A stretch of DNA of 40,210 nucleotides, taken from positions 1 through 40,210 of IMG/VR virus record IMGVR_UViG_3300017653_000001. The stretch is one strand, 5' to 3'. The position numbers and the translations under genes are program-made. Source of the DNA: a virus. Taxonomy: Duplodnaviria; Caudoviricetes. Below the pieces are notes generated by a model, which was not told the origin of the DNA, searched no databases, and saw nothing but the letters and a program-made list of their open reading frames with translations. This document shows positions 24,491 to 33,449 of this stretch, piece by piece (within the stretch, counting starts at the first letter, position 1; every line of letters starts with the position of its first letter).

Positions 24491-26041
24491 GTGACCATAA
24501 CCAAAGCCCAAGCCGCTCAAGAACTACTAAACAGGCGTAAAGCTCGTCGCTCTCTGGTTGACTATGCCCGTTACATTGAGGTCCCGGGCGCTCCTGTTGA
24601 AGAACAGGACGAGGGAAGCGACGAAGCGGAATATTTTGCTGAGACGCAGTTAGCTAAACATCACATATTGATACTTGAAGCCGCTCAAAGGTGCATTGAA
24701 AAGCCTTACGGACGTCTTATGCTTTTTATGCCACCTGGATCGGCAAAATCCAGTTATGGCAGCGTTGTCGTACCTTCATGGGCCATGGGGCAGAAGCCAG
24801 GATTTAAAGTCATCGGCGTGTCTTATGGTTCAGACATGGCTAAGAAGTTCGGCCGTCGAACCCGTTCAATTATCAAACAAAAGAAATATCAGGCTCTTTT
24901 TGGCACTGGACTGAGTGGCGATCAAGCGGCTGCTGATGAATGGGCGCTAGACAATGGTTCTGAGTATATGTCAGGCGGTATTCTGTCTGGTATTACGGGC
25001 AACAGAGCTGACCTTGTGGTTATCGATGACCCAATCAAGGGCAGGCAAGACGCTGACTCCGAGGTCATCCGCCAGCGCACATGGGATGAATATCAGGAGT
25101 CGGTTCTAACCCGCTTAAAGCCTGGTGGGTCTATTATCATCATTCAGACGCGCTGGCATGAGGATGATCTATCAGGGCGTATCCTTCCAGATAACTACGC
25201 CGGTGAATCCGGCATGATCATGGGCAAGGATGGCTTTGAATGGGAAGTCATCTGCCTTGCTGCTGAGTGTGAACGTGCTGACGATCCTCTAGGGCGCAAG
25301 ATAGGTCAAATGTTGTGGGAGGAGTGGTTTGACGAAAAGCACTGGCAGGTGCATCGAAAGAACCCGCGCACATGGTCAGCATTGTTCCAGCAGAGACCCG
25401 CACCAGATAGCGGCGATTACTTCAAGAAAGAATGGATCAAACTTGTCTCGGCCTCACAAGTCCCGCCTCTTAATACCATGTCTATCTACGGTGCGTCTGA
25501 CTATGCTGTAACCAATAACGGCGGGGATTATACAGTTCATGTTGTCGTTGGCGTTGATAGTGAGGGTCGCGTTTGGCTGCTAGACATATGGCGGCAACAG
25601 GCTTCATCTGACAGGTGGGTAGATTCGTTCTGCGATCTGGTGCGCAAGTGGAAGCCTATTGGCTGGGCTGAGGAAACAGGGCAGATTAAATCAGGCGTTG
25701 GGCCTTTTCTTGTGAAGCGTATGATTGAAACCGGCTCTTATGTGGCGCGGGAGCAGTTCCCAACACGCGGCGGTGACAAGTCTGTACGTGCACAGTCTAT
25801 CCGTGGACGTATTGCCTTGTCTGGGCTGTATGTGAGGGACGACTTGCCGGGCCTGGACGCGCTTATGTCTGAAATGATGAGTTTCCCTGTTGGTGTTCAT
25901 GACGATCAGGTGGACGCTCTAGGATTGGTTGGCCAGCTTATGGATCGTATGACGCCAGGCAAGCCACAGAAGAAGCCTGAGCGCATGGATTATAGCGCTG
26001 TTTATGCATCTCCTTTGCCGGGGCAACGTAAAAGGGGTTGA
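24491..26041 (+). CDS. terL: Terminase large subunit (516 aa)
   Basis: 'MPPGSAKS' Walker A variant, 'VVIDDPIKG', 'QTRWHEDDL', 'FQQRP', nuclease 'HDDQVDA'; GTG 24491 after GGTGGAG. Confidence 0.95.
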   Translation: MTITKAQAAQELLNRRKARRSLVDYARYIEVPGAPVEEQDEGSDEAEYFAETQLAKHHILILEAAQRCIEKPYGRLMLFMPPGSAKSSYGSVVVPSWAMGQKPGFKVIGVSYGSDMAKKFGRRTRSIIKQKKYQALFGTGLSGDQAAADEWALDNGSEYMSGGILSGITGNRADLVVIDDPIKGRQDADSEVIRQRTWDEYQESVLTRLKPGGSIIIIQTRWHEDDLSGRILPDNYAGESGMIMGKDGFEWEVICLAAECERADDPLGRKIGQMLWEEWFDEKHWQVHRKNPRTWSALFQQRPAPDSGDYFKKEWIKLVSASQVPPLNTMSIYGASDYAVTNNGGDYTVHVVVGVDSEGRVWLLDIWRQQASSDRWVDSFCDLVRKWKPIGWAEETGQIKSGVGPFLVKRMIETGSYVAREQFPTRGGDKSVRAQSIRGRIALSGLYVRDDLPGLDALMSEMMSFPVGVHDDQVDALGLVGQLMDRMTPGKPQKKPERMDYSAVYASPLPGQRKRG

Positions 26042-26067
26042 CGCTATTACAATTATGTGATTATTTA
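26038..26067 (+). promoter_or_regulatory. Internal sigma70-like promoter with an operator-like motif in its spacer
   Basis: TTGACG overlapping the terL stop, TTACAATTATGTGATTAT, AT-rich -10 region. Confidence 0.55.
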
Positions 26068-26091
26068 AGGGCATAGAAGTGGAGAGATAAA

Positions 26092-26253
26092 ATGGAACTG
26101 GTAATAATTTTAATTCATGCAATGCTCGCATCATTGGCAATGCTTTTTGGGGCTTATACATTAGGCGTAGGATTTGAAGGGGTTGGCGTCGTATGCGGCC
26201 TTGTAGGAGGCATATTGGGGTCAATTTTTGCTATTTGGGCATACGATCTTTAG
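26092..26253 (+). CDS. Small 2-TM membrane protein (53 aa; absent from the track)
   Basis: GGAG RBS; MELVIILIHAMLASLAMLFGAYTLGVGFEGVGVVCGLVGGILGSIFAIWAYDL*. Confidence 0.65.
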   Translation: MELVIILIHAMLASLAMLFGAYTLGVGFEGVGVVCGLVGGILGSIFAIWAYDL

Positions 26254-26266
26254 TGGAGAAACAATC

Positions 26267-26521
26267 ATGACGAAAGAACACACGCCTACGCCTTGGGTGT
26301 TAGATGAAATAGGGGATATATTTAGTGGGAAAATATGCGTCGCTGTTATTTTAGAAGACGATGATGATTTTACTAATGGGAACCACATCGTCAAGTGCGT
26401 GAACATGCATGATGAGTTGGTTGAGGCTTTGAAAAAATGCGGCATGCTGCTGGAACATGGCGGGTTTGATCTTGAGTTTATTGACAGCGCCCTCGAGAAA
26501 GCAGGTGGAGAATCGCTATGA
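26267..26521 (+). CDS. Hypothetical protein, HTP(G/T)PW phage family (84 aa)
   Basis: 'KEHTPTPW...NGNHIVKCVNMHDELVEALK'; GGAG RBS. Confidence 0.75.
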   Translation: MTKEHTPTPWVLDEIGDIFSGKICVAVILEDDDDFTNGNHIVKCVNMHDELVEALKKCGMLLEHGGFDLEFIDSALEKAGGESL

Positions 26522-26877
26522 ACGACCACATCGAACGCACAAAGCGCATGATTGAAGTGATGCAGGCTTATGTTGATGGGGATAAGGTGGAAAGCTGCAC
26601 CGGGGATGAGTGGTGGGTTAATGAACATCCTGTTTGGAATTGGCCATCGGTAGACTACCGCATAGCCAAAACACCAGACACAATCGACTGGGATCATGTT
26701 GCGGATGGGTATAAATATATGAAACGTGATGAGAACGGATGTGCTTATCTTTATGCTGAGCATCCAGATGCCTACATCAAGGTCATACGACCAGAATCAG
26801 CCAATGGTTTCTCGTCCTACCGCCGGGGCACATACGACTGGAAAGACAGTCTTGTAATTAGGCCGGGTTGTGAGTAA
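26518..26877 (+). CDS. Hypothetical protein (119 aa)
   Basis: 'IEVMQAYVDG...PVWNW..VDYRI' phage motif; ATGA overlap. Confidence 0.75.
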   Translation: MNDHIERTKRMIEVMQAYVDGDKVESCTGDEWWVNEHPVWNWPSVDYRIAKTPDTIDWDHVADGYKYMKRDENGCAYLYAEHPDAYIKVIRPESANGFSSYRRGTYDWKDSLVIRPGCE

Positions 26878-27043
26878 TCTAACGGGGATAGCCCAGCCAG
26901 CGGTGGCGTTTTAACACTGGCAGCAAGTATGCAATAGTGCAGGAGCTTGCATAACGTAGACTTAACATATCGGGTTTACGCTGAATCTAATCGGTATGTC
27001 TGGGGTTTTGTCTCTACCCTTATCAAATAGCAAAAGGAGACAG

Positions 27044-27072
27044 AGGCTTCACTTAGTGAGGCCTTTTCTTTT
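27044..27072 (+). terminator. Rho-independent terminator upstream of the portal gene
   Basis: AGGCTTCAC-TTA-GTGAGGCCT-TTTCTTTT. Confidence 0.7.
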
Positions 27073-27122
27073 GCACTCCTGCATGTTACATTGCATCAAC
27101 ATTTGCAAATGAGGCCTTTTCA

Positions 27123-29447
27123 GTGGACGAAGAAGAAATCCAGCCATCTGATACACTTGAATTAAAAGACGAGCCAAAGTCTTCAAGCGTTGTTCTGTCG
27201 GTATTGCAGAACGCTAAGGATAAGTTTCGCGAATGGCAGAATATTTGCGACCGTATTGACACGGTTTACAGCAAATATCAGGGTGACAATCGTCCATACG
27301 GCGAGAATTGGACAGACGGTGAGCTTGACCTATTCTGGGCCTCTTATGAAATTCTAAAGCCTGCTGTTTATGCGCACCCCCCAAAGCCTGTAGTATCTAC
27401 ACAGTTTAAAGACCGAGATCCAGTCAAGTCAAAGACGGCTGAGCTATTAGAGCGTGTATCTGTGTCTAATTTTGACCGCTCTAACATCGATGATGTTATG
27501 TGCGAAGTGCGCGATGACCTGATTTTCACCAATCGCGGCGTTATGTGGCTCACGTATGAATCAGAAAAGGGCGAGCAGCGTGTTTGTATAGAGCACCTTG
27601 ATCGCATGGATTTCCTGCATGAGCCTGCCCGTAAATGGTCTGAGGTTGGTTGGGTAGCTCGTCGCGCTTGGATGACACGTAAGGAGTTGCGCAAGCGTTT
27701 CTATAAGGCGTCAGGCGACGTTTACAAAGACGTGAAACTCTCCAAAAAGCGTGAAGACGAAGAACGCGGAAATGATGACAAGTCATTGAAGGGCAGCGTT
27801 TGGGAAGTCTGGCACCGTGCCGATAACAAGGTATATTGGGTTTCTGAGGGTGTCGATCGTCTTTTGGATGAAGGCGAGCCACACCTGAAGCTGAATGATT
27901 TCTTCCCTTGCCCTCGTCCGGCCTATGGCACATTGGCTCGCCGTTCGTTGATCCCTGTTCCAGACTATGAGCGTTATAGCGTTCATTTTGACAAGATTAA
28001 CACGCTGACAGCGCGTATCTACTTGCTCCTGGAGAAGGTTAAGCTTAAGGGCATTGTGGCCGGTAGCGGTGATATTAGAGACGCCGTAAGCGAGCTTATC
28101 CAGAGCGAGGATGACGAAACTGTAATCTTTGTTCCGTCGATCAGTAGTGATGTGACCAATATGGTCTCTTGGATGCCGCTTGCGGAAGTAGCAACGGCTA
28201 TCACTGGTCTTATCGATGCACGTGCAAAGCTAATCGATGACTTCTATCAGTTGTCTGGCATTAGCGATATCATGCGTGGGGCTACTGAGGCTGATGAAAC
28301 ATTGGGTGCTCAGCAGCTTAAAGGCCAGTATGGTTCCGTTCGTGTTCGTCAGAAGATTGATGAGCTACAGCGCATTGCTGCTGACACTGTTCGTATTTCA
28401 GCCGAGATTATTGCAGAGCATTTCTCAAAGGATACTCTCCTTGAAATGTCGCAGATGAAAATCTCGACTAAAGCGCAAATCGAAAAGCAAATTAAGGGCA
28501 TTGAAGACGCTGCTGAGAAGGAGCTTGAAAACCTTAAGAAGCAGACAGAGAAGTTTGTCCAGGAAAATCAGATTCCTCCAGAGCAACAGCCTCAGATTGA
28601 AGAACAGTTCAAAAAGACCCAACAGGCCATTTTGCAGAAATATGCGCCTATGCTGCAAGAGGCTAATTCAGAGATTCCTATTGAGGATATACTTGACCTG
28701 TTGCGCAATGATAAATCGCGCGGTTTTGCGTTTGAGATTGCTTCGGACAGCACTATTCTGACTGACGAAATTCAGGAAAAGGCCAGCCGCAACGAGTTCT
28801 TGACCACATTCTCTGGGGCTTCTCAGGCGCTGCAAGGATTGGCTCAAATGGGGCCTGCCGGTTCCGCTCTTGCTGGCGGTATGCTTAACTTTGTTCTTGG
28901 CCCTTATCGTATTGGCCGTGAGCTTGACGGTCTTATCGATAATTTCATTGACGAAGCTTCTAACTATCAACCACCACAAGAAGGTGGAGAACAACAGGCT
29001 CTTATTGAGGCGCAGAATAAGCTTGCTGAAGCTGAGATGGCTAAGGCGCAAGCGCAGACAATGAAGGTACAGTCCGACGCTCAGCTTAAGCAGGCTGAAC
29101 TGCAAGGTAAAATGCAGGAAATGCAGCTTAAGTACGAAAAAGACATGTCTGATGCGCAGATTGAACAAGGCAAGTTGCAGCTTCAGCTATCCAAACAGGA
29201 GCAGGAGTTTGCGGCTAAGATGGCCGATATGGAAGCCAAAACAAATCTTATGCAGGCTCAGACCGCAGAGATTCTTGCCAAGATTGGTCTAGACGTTCGC
29301 AAGCAAGACCTTGAGGAGTATAAAGAAGCACGTGCGACTGAGCAACAGCAGGTGGATACGGCGCTTAGAGTTGAATCGGAAAGCCGCGCTAATCGTTCAC
29401 AGGAATTTAATGAAACTCAAGCTTTGACACAAAGAGAGGTGGAGTGA
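27123..29447 (+). CDS. Portal protein (774 aa) with long C-terminal Q/E/K coiled coil
   Basis: Size and position after the terminase; 'FFPCPRP', 'SGISDIMRG...ETLGAQQLK' motifs of podovirus portals. Confidence 0.85.
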   Translation: MDEEEIQPSDTLELKDEPKSSSVVLSVLQNAKDKFREWQNICDRIDTVYSKYQGDNRPYGENWTDGELDLFWASYEILKPAVYAHPPKPVVSTQFKDRDPVKSKTAELLERVSVSNFDRSNIDDVMCEVRDDLIFTNRGVMWLTYESEKGEQRVCIEHLDRMDFLHEPARKWSEVGWVARRAWMTRKELRKRFYKASGDVYKDVKLSKKREDEERGNDDKSLKGSVWEVWHRADNKVYWVSEGVDRLLDEGEPHLKLNDFFPCPRPAYGTLARRSLIPVPDYERYSVHFDKINTLTARIYLLLEKVKLKGIVAGSGDIRDAVSELIQSEDDETVIFVPSISSDVTNMVSWMPLAEVATAITGLIDARAKLIDDFYQLSGISDIMRGATEADETLGAQQLKGQYGSVRVRQKIDELQRIAADTVRISAEIIAEHFSKDTLLEMSQMKISTKAQIEKQIKGIEDAAEKELENLKKQTEKFVQENQIPPEQQPQIEEQFKKTQQAILQKYAPMLQEANSEIPIEDILDLLRNDKSRGFAFEIASDSTILTDEIQEKASRNEFLTTFSGASQALQGLAQMGPAGSALAGGMLNFVLGPYRIGRELDGLIDNFIDEASNYQPPQEGGEQQALIEAQNKLAEAEMAKAQAQTMKVQSDAQLKQAELQGKMQEMQLKYEKDMSDAQIEQGKLQLQLSKQEQEFAAKMADMEAKTNLMQAQTAEILAKIGLDVRKQDLEEYKEARATEQQQVDTALRVESESRANRSQEFNETQALTQREVE

Positions 29448-29626
29448 TGCCAGGCTTTCCCGTTGTAATTTCTGATAACGGAGCACCTTTTGTAGCTGTT
29501 GAAAGTGGAGCACCAGTAGCCACGGTTGCAACTAATGGACTTGGTATTCCGATTAGTGTAGTATCCAGCAATGCGCCGCCTTTGATTATTGAGGGCTATA
29601 CACCACCTGAACCTGACGAGGAATAG
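29444..29626 (+). CDS. Small putative virion protein (60 aa)
   Basis: Repetitive 'GxPxxxV' beta motifs; in the head operon. Confidence 0.55.
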   Translation: MMPGFPVVISDNGAPFVAVESGAPVATVATNGLGIPISVVSSNAPPLIIEGYTPPEPDEE

Positions 29627-29628
29627 TA

Positions 29629-29832
29629 ATGGCACAGACACCAGTAGATCGACTAGTAGAACTTTCAATGGTTCCAGAACTTGCTAAAGAAGTTCGTAGC
29701 CAGATTGATGCGGCGACCTCTTCATTTACGCCGGGAGCAGCAGTTGCGGATGCTACAGATGAAGCATCGGCAGTTACTCAACTAAATGCTTTGCTTGCAT
29801 CATTGCGCGCAGCAGGGATTATTGAAACGTAA
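29629..29832 (+). CDS. Head fibre-like protein (67 aa)
   Basis: C-terminal 'AAVADAT...VTQLNALLASLRAAGII' head-fibre motif. Confidence 0.65.
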   Translation: MAQTPVDRLVELSMVPELAKEVRSQIDAATSSFTPGAAVADATDEASAVTQLNALLASLRAAGIIET

Positions 29833-30116
29833 TGAAATCAATCTCTGAATTGGTAGCAGAACATAGGGCAAGGATGGGGACTAGTTCCCTGCCTAAGCCC
29901 TATTTCCGACAGGACTCTATTGAGCCCTGCATGGGAATGGATGGAAAGATGCATGACACATTGTCAGGCTATCGCAAGACTCTTCTCCCTTCTGGAAACC
30001 CAAAGGGCGAGCGTTATGTCGAGCTTGGCAATGAAAGCCTTCCTGACTTTAAGGCGCCTGAATTTGACCGCAAAAAGCGCCGTGAAGACATCAAGCGCGC
30101 TATTATTGAAATTTAA
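29832..30116 (+). CDS. Hypothetical protein (94 aa)
   Basis: TAATG overlap; 'DGKMHDT...YVELGNE' motif; between portal and scaffold. Confidence 0.65.
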   Translation: MKSISELVAEHRARMGTSSLPKPYFRQDSIEPCMGMDGKMHDTLSGYRKTLLPSGNPKGERYVELGNESLPDFKAPEFDRKKRREDIKRAIIEI

Positions 30117-30145
30117 CCCTATGACCTTCTCAGACGAGGTATAAA

Positions 30146-31330
30146 ATGACCGACGAAGCAATTCAATCATCAGCGCCCGTAACGGAACACGTTTCAACCA
30201 CGCTTGAATCAGATGTAACGCCTAAAACATCTGGCGGTGGTAAAATCGCTCCCCCTCCTGTTGAAGAAGCCAAGCCGGAAGTTCCTGCAAAGGCTGAATC
30301 TGTACGGGATTCACTGAAGGCGGAGCTTGACAAGGCCAAAGAGCCTGAAAATGTTGAAAAGCCTGTTAAGGCAGAAAAGCTGGAGGAAGAACCCAAGCCT
30401 GTCGCTAAGACAGAGGCAAAGAGCGCCACTCCTGAAAAGGAAGTTGACGCAAGCGAGCAGGTTAAGGATCAGCAGACCGAACGGAAGTCTGAGGTCCGTG
30501 ACCGTCCTGAGCCTCCTGCTCGCTTTCTTCCACGTGCTAAGGAGCTTTGGCGCAACACGCCTAATGAAGTGCAGTCGGAAGTTTCTCGCCTTGTACGTGA
30601 ACATGAGGCTGAGGTGCAGCAGTACCGTGAATCTCATCAGTTCCGTGAAGAGCTTAAGGAATACGAAGAGCTTGGTAAACAGCATGGCGTTAGCGTTAAA
30701 CAAGCGCTTGATAACTATGTGGGGATCGAGCGAAAGTTTGCAGAGTCCCCACCTGAAGGCTTCCGCCAGCTTCTTAGCAATATGAATATGCATCCCCAGC
30801 AGGCTATTTCTCATATTTTGCGCGCTTTCAATGTGCAACCATCGGCATTGGCCGATCATATCGTTGAAAATCCCAGTGCTTACGTGTCGCATGCGCCACA
30901 GGTTCAGCCGCAGCAACAGCCGCAAATTAATCCAGAGGTTGATACGCTCAAACAGCAGATTACTGCCATGCAGGCGCAAATGGCCCACCAGCAGTATATT
31001 GAACCTTTCATTAAAGACCATCCACGTTACCATGAACTAGAACAGGATATTGCTTTCTTTCTACAATCTGGTAAAATCCCAGCTAATCTTAGTCCTGCTG
31101 AGAAGCTTGAAGCAGCATATGACATGGCTGAAAGGATTAATCCTTCTTCAAATGTCTCATCATTCTCACCAAAGCAGGCTAGTTCTGAAAGCCGTGTTGA
31201 CGAAGACTTCAACGGCAGCAAATCAATCAAATCTTCTCCGGGCAATGTACTAGAGGTCAAAGAACCGGATAAGAAAATGTCAATGCGTGAACTTCTGGAA
31301 GACGAGTTGAAGCGTCTGAAGAAGGCTTAA
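30146..31330 (+). CDS. Capsid scaffolding protein (394 aa)
   Basis: Highly charged, P/E/K-rich N-terminus, helical; directly upstream of the major capsid gene. Confidence 0.75.
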   Translation: MTDEAIQSSAPVTEHVSTTLESDVTPKTSGGGKIAPPPVEEAKPEVPAKAESVRDSLKAELDKAKEPENVEKPVKAEKLEEEPKPVAKTEAKSATPEKEVDASEQVKDQQTERKSEVRDRPEPPARFLPRAKELWRNTPNEVQSEVSRLVREHEAEVQQYRESHQFREELKEYEELGKQHGVSVKQALDNYVGIERKFAESPPEGFRQLLSNMNMHPQQAISHILRAFNVQPSALADHIVENPSAYVSHAPQVQPQQQPQINPEVDTLKQQITAMQAQMAHQQYIEPFIKDHPRYHELEQDIAFFLQSGKIPANLSPAEKLEAAYDMAERINPSSNVSSFSPKQASSESRVDEDFNGSKSIKSSPGNVLEVKEPDKKMSMRELLEDELKRLKKA

Positions 31331-31339
31331 GGAGCTAAA

Positions 31340-32350
31340 ATGGCTATCGTTCAGGATAGAAATTATCGCCAGCTTCTCACCGCAGCCGTAGCACGGCGCT
31401 CGCGTGAGGTGCAGGACATTGTTTATAACTCAACCCCTCTTACTCGTATTCTGCGGGATCAGGGCCGTATTCGCGTAAAGCGCGCTGGCGGGCCAGAGCT
31501 TCGCATTCCGGTACAGTTCGACAAGTTGCAGGCCCAGTGGTTCACTGGCTATGATAAGATCGAAATTACCCCGAAAGAACTTCTGAACTCTGCCGTATTC
31601 AATTGGTCTCGTGTTGTCAGCATGTTCTCGCTGACCGGCACCGAACTGATGTACACTCGCGGCGAGGAAGAAGTTATCGACCTTATGGAAACCTACCTTG
31701 ATGCGGCTGAAAAGTCGGTTAAGGAAGAGTTCGAAGTCGCTCTTATCGGTGACGGTACGGGTGCCGGTGGCCGTGAGCTTATCGGTCTTGGCGGCGCTAT
31801 TCCAGTCATTCCAAACACTGGCGTATACGGCGGCATTGACCGTGCAACCGTTCCAAACTGGCGTACCTCGACGTTCAACATTCCTAACGGCGATGTTTCC
31901 GGCTTTACGACTTGGGACAGCACGACCGCACGTCCTATTATTGAGCGCATTGCTCTTAATCGTTCGCGTAATGGCCGCTATGCTGATCTTCTCATTGCGG
32001 ATTCCCTTTCGTATCAGGCTATCTCTGCATCGTTCGTTGCTCATCAGCGCATCGTTTCGGAGCGTCTTGGCCGTCTGGGCTTTGCGGGTCTCACCTACAT
32101 GACGCCTGCTGGTCCGGTTGATATCGTTGCAGCTGGTGGCATTGGTACGGTTATGCCTGCTAACACCATCTTCGGCATTGATACTCAGGGTCTTGCAATC
32201 TACGAGTTCCCAGATCAGGCGTTCGTTCCGTTCCACCCAGGTGACGGTATGCGTCCTATCAACCAGGATGCGGTTGCTCAGGGCATTGTATGGTCTGGCC
32301 AGCTTGTTCTTGAGAACCCGCTGTTCTCGTACCGCATTATCACGGCATAA
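31340..32350 (+). CDS. Major capsid protein (336 aa)
   Basis: AAGGAG RBS, biased codon usage, 'FTGYD...LLN.A.F.W', 'YGGIDRAT..NWR', 'INQDA' motifs. Confidence 0.88.
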   Translation: MAIVQDRNYRQLLTAAVARRSREVQDIVYNSTPLTRILRDQGRIRVKRAGGPELRIPVQFDKLQAQWFTGYDKIEITPKELLNSAVFNWSRVVSMFSLTGTELMYTRGEEEVIDLMETYLDAAEKSVKEEFEVALIGDGTGAGGRELIGLGGAIPVIPNTGVYGGIDRATVPNWRTSTFNIPNGDVSGFTTWDSTTARPIIERIALNRSRNGRYADLLIADSLSYQAISASFVAHQRIVSERLGRLGFAGLTYMTPAGPVDIVAAGGIGTVMPANTIFGIDTQGLAIYEFPDQAFVPFHPGDGMRPINQDAVAQGIVWSGQLVLENPLFSYRIITA

Positions 32351-32362
32351 GGAGAAAAAGAT

Positions 32363-32707
32363 ATGGCTAATTCCGTACCTTTCCGCACTACCCCGCAGCT
32401 AGGCCCACAGCTTGATGATGTGTTTGTTGGTTTGCCATATTGGGATCTGACAGGCATTCAGGGGGCAGGTGGCGCTACTGTTTCCGGTATTACCTCGCCT
32501 TCTTATAAGCTTGGCAATCGTGAAACTGGCGATGACGGTTACGACTACATCTGGGTTCAGAACGGCACAACTGCGCTTACCGCAAGTGCACGTGTTAATG
32601 TGGACGCTGATTTTGTAACCACTGCTAACGCTTCTGGCGTTTTGCAGGCCCCTGATGTAGCAGTTCCTGCCGGTGCATATTTCCACGCTCGCGTGTTTGC
32701 ACTCTAA
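32363..32707 (+). CDS. Putative capsid decoration/cement protein (114 aa)
   Basis: AAGGAG RBS; co-transcribed with the capsid gene before a terminator; 'LG.R..G.DG..YIWVQ'. Confidence 0.6.
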   Translation: MANSVPFRTTPQLGPQLDDVFVGLPYWDLTGIQGAGGATVSGITSPSYKLGNRETGDDGYDYIWVQNGTTALTASARVNVDADFVTTANASGVLQAPDVAVPAGAYFHARVFAL

Positions 32708-32715
32708 TTAATACG

Positions 32716-32739
32716 GGGAGGCTTAACGGCCTCCCTTTT
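32716..32739 (+). terminator. Rho-independent terminator after the capsid genes
   Basis: GGGAGGC-TTAACG-GCCTCCC-TTTT. Confidence 0.8.
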
Positions 32740-32765
32740 ACCCCTTCTCAGACAAGGAACGATAA

Positions 32766-33449
32766 ATGACTAAAGTAGTTGAAATTGACATGCGCGACCT
32801 TAACGTAACGCCTTTCTTTAAGGTGATTGAGGTCGAAAATATCCCCAAGTCGGAAACGGCTGGACATGCTGTTATGGAAATGCGTGAAGTCGTTGAGGTC
32901 CGCTTTGCAGGATCAAATAATTACGCTCCTGTATTCCCGGCTAATCAGACGTGGAAACGCGAAGGCAACAAATCTATTACCTATGCCGAACGGTGGGCAG
33001 AACAGTACCGCACGTTCAAAGAAGGCAACCCGCAGCACGCAATGGGTACCCCATTGGAAATGCTGCGGCCTTATGGTGTAACTGAAGAACAGCTTTCCAT
33101 CTGCCGTGTGCATCGTGTTTACAGTATTGAGGCTCTTAATACCCTTGAAGGTGACAAGCTTAAGTCGCTTGGCATGATGGGTAACTCGCTTAAAGAATTG
33201 GCGCGGAAATATATCTCTGATCATTCTGCTTCTGATAAAGCTCTTAATGAGATCGAGGCTCTTAAGAAGCGCATTGCAGAGCTTGAATCGGCAGGAACAG
33301 CATCAACTGTTATTCCTGAAGTTGAAGAAGAGCTTTACGAAGCAATGACAGAAGATGAATTGCGTGATATGATTGAATCAAAGACCGGTAAAAGACCAGA
33401 CGGTCGCTCTAGTCATGCGTCTTTGGTGAATATGGCAAAAGGAATGTAA
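32766..33449 (+). CDS. Conserved hypothetical morphogenesis protein (227 aa)
   Basis: AAGGA RBS; lies between head and tail genes. Confidence 0.7.
   Translation: MTKVVEIDMRDLNVTPFFKVIEVENIPKSETAGHAVMEMREVVEVRFAGSNNYAPVFPANQTWKREGNKSITYAERWAEQYRTFKEGNPQHAMGTPLEMLRPYGVTEEQLSICRVHRVYSIEALNTLEGDKLKSLGMMGNSLKELARKYISDHSASDKALNEIEALKKRIAELESAGTASTVIPEVEEELYEAMTEDELRDMIESKTGKRPDGRSSHASLVNMAKGM

Noticed and set aside
24719-24760. TerL Walker A reading PPGSAKS rather than GKS/GKT, suggesting inactivation
   Set aside because: All other ATPase and nuclease motifs are intact, and deviant Walker A motifs are known among terminases
26883-26925. CGGGGATAGCCCAGCC resembles the 5' end and D-arm of a tRNA
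   Set aside because: No anticodon arm, TTCGA T-loop or acceptor-stem partner follows, so no cloverleaf can be built
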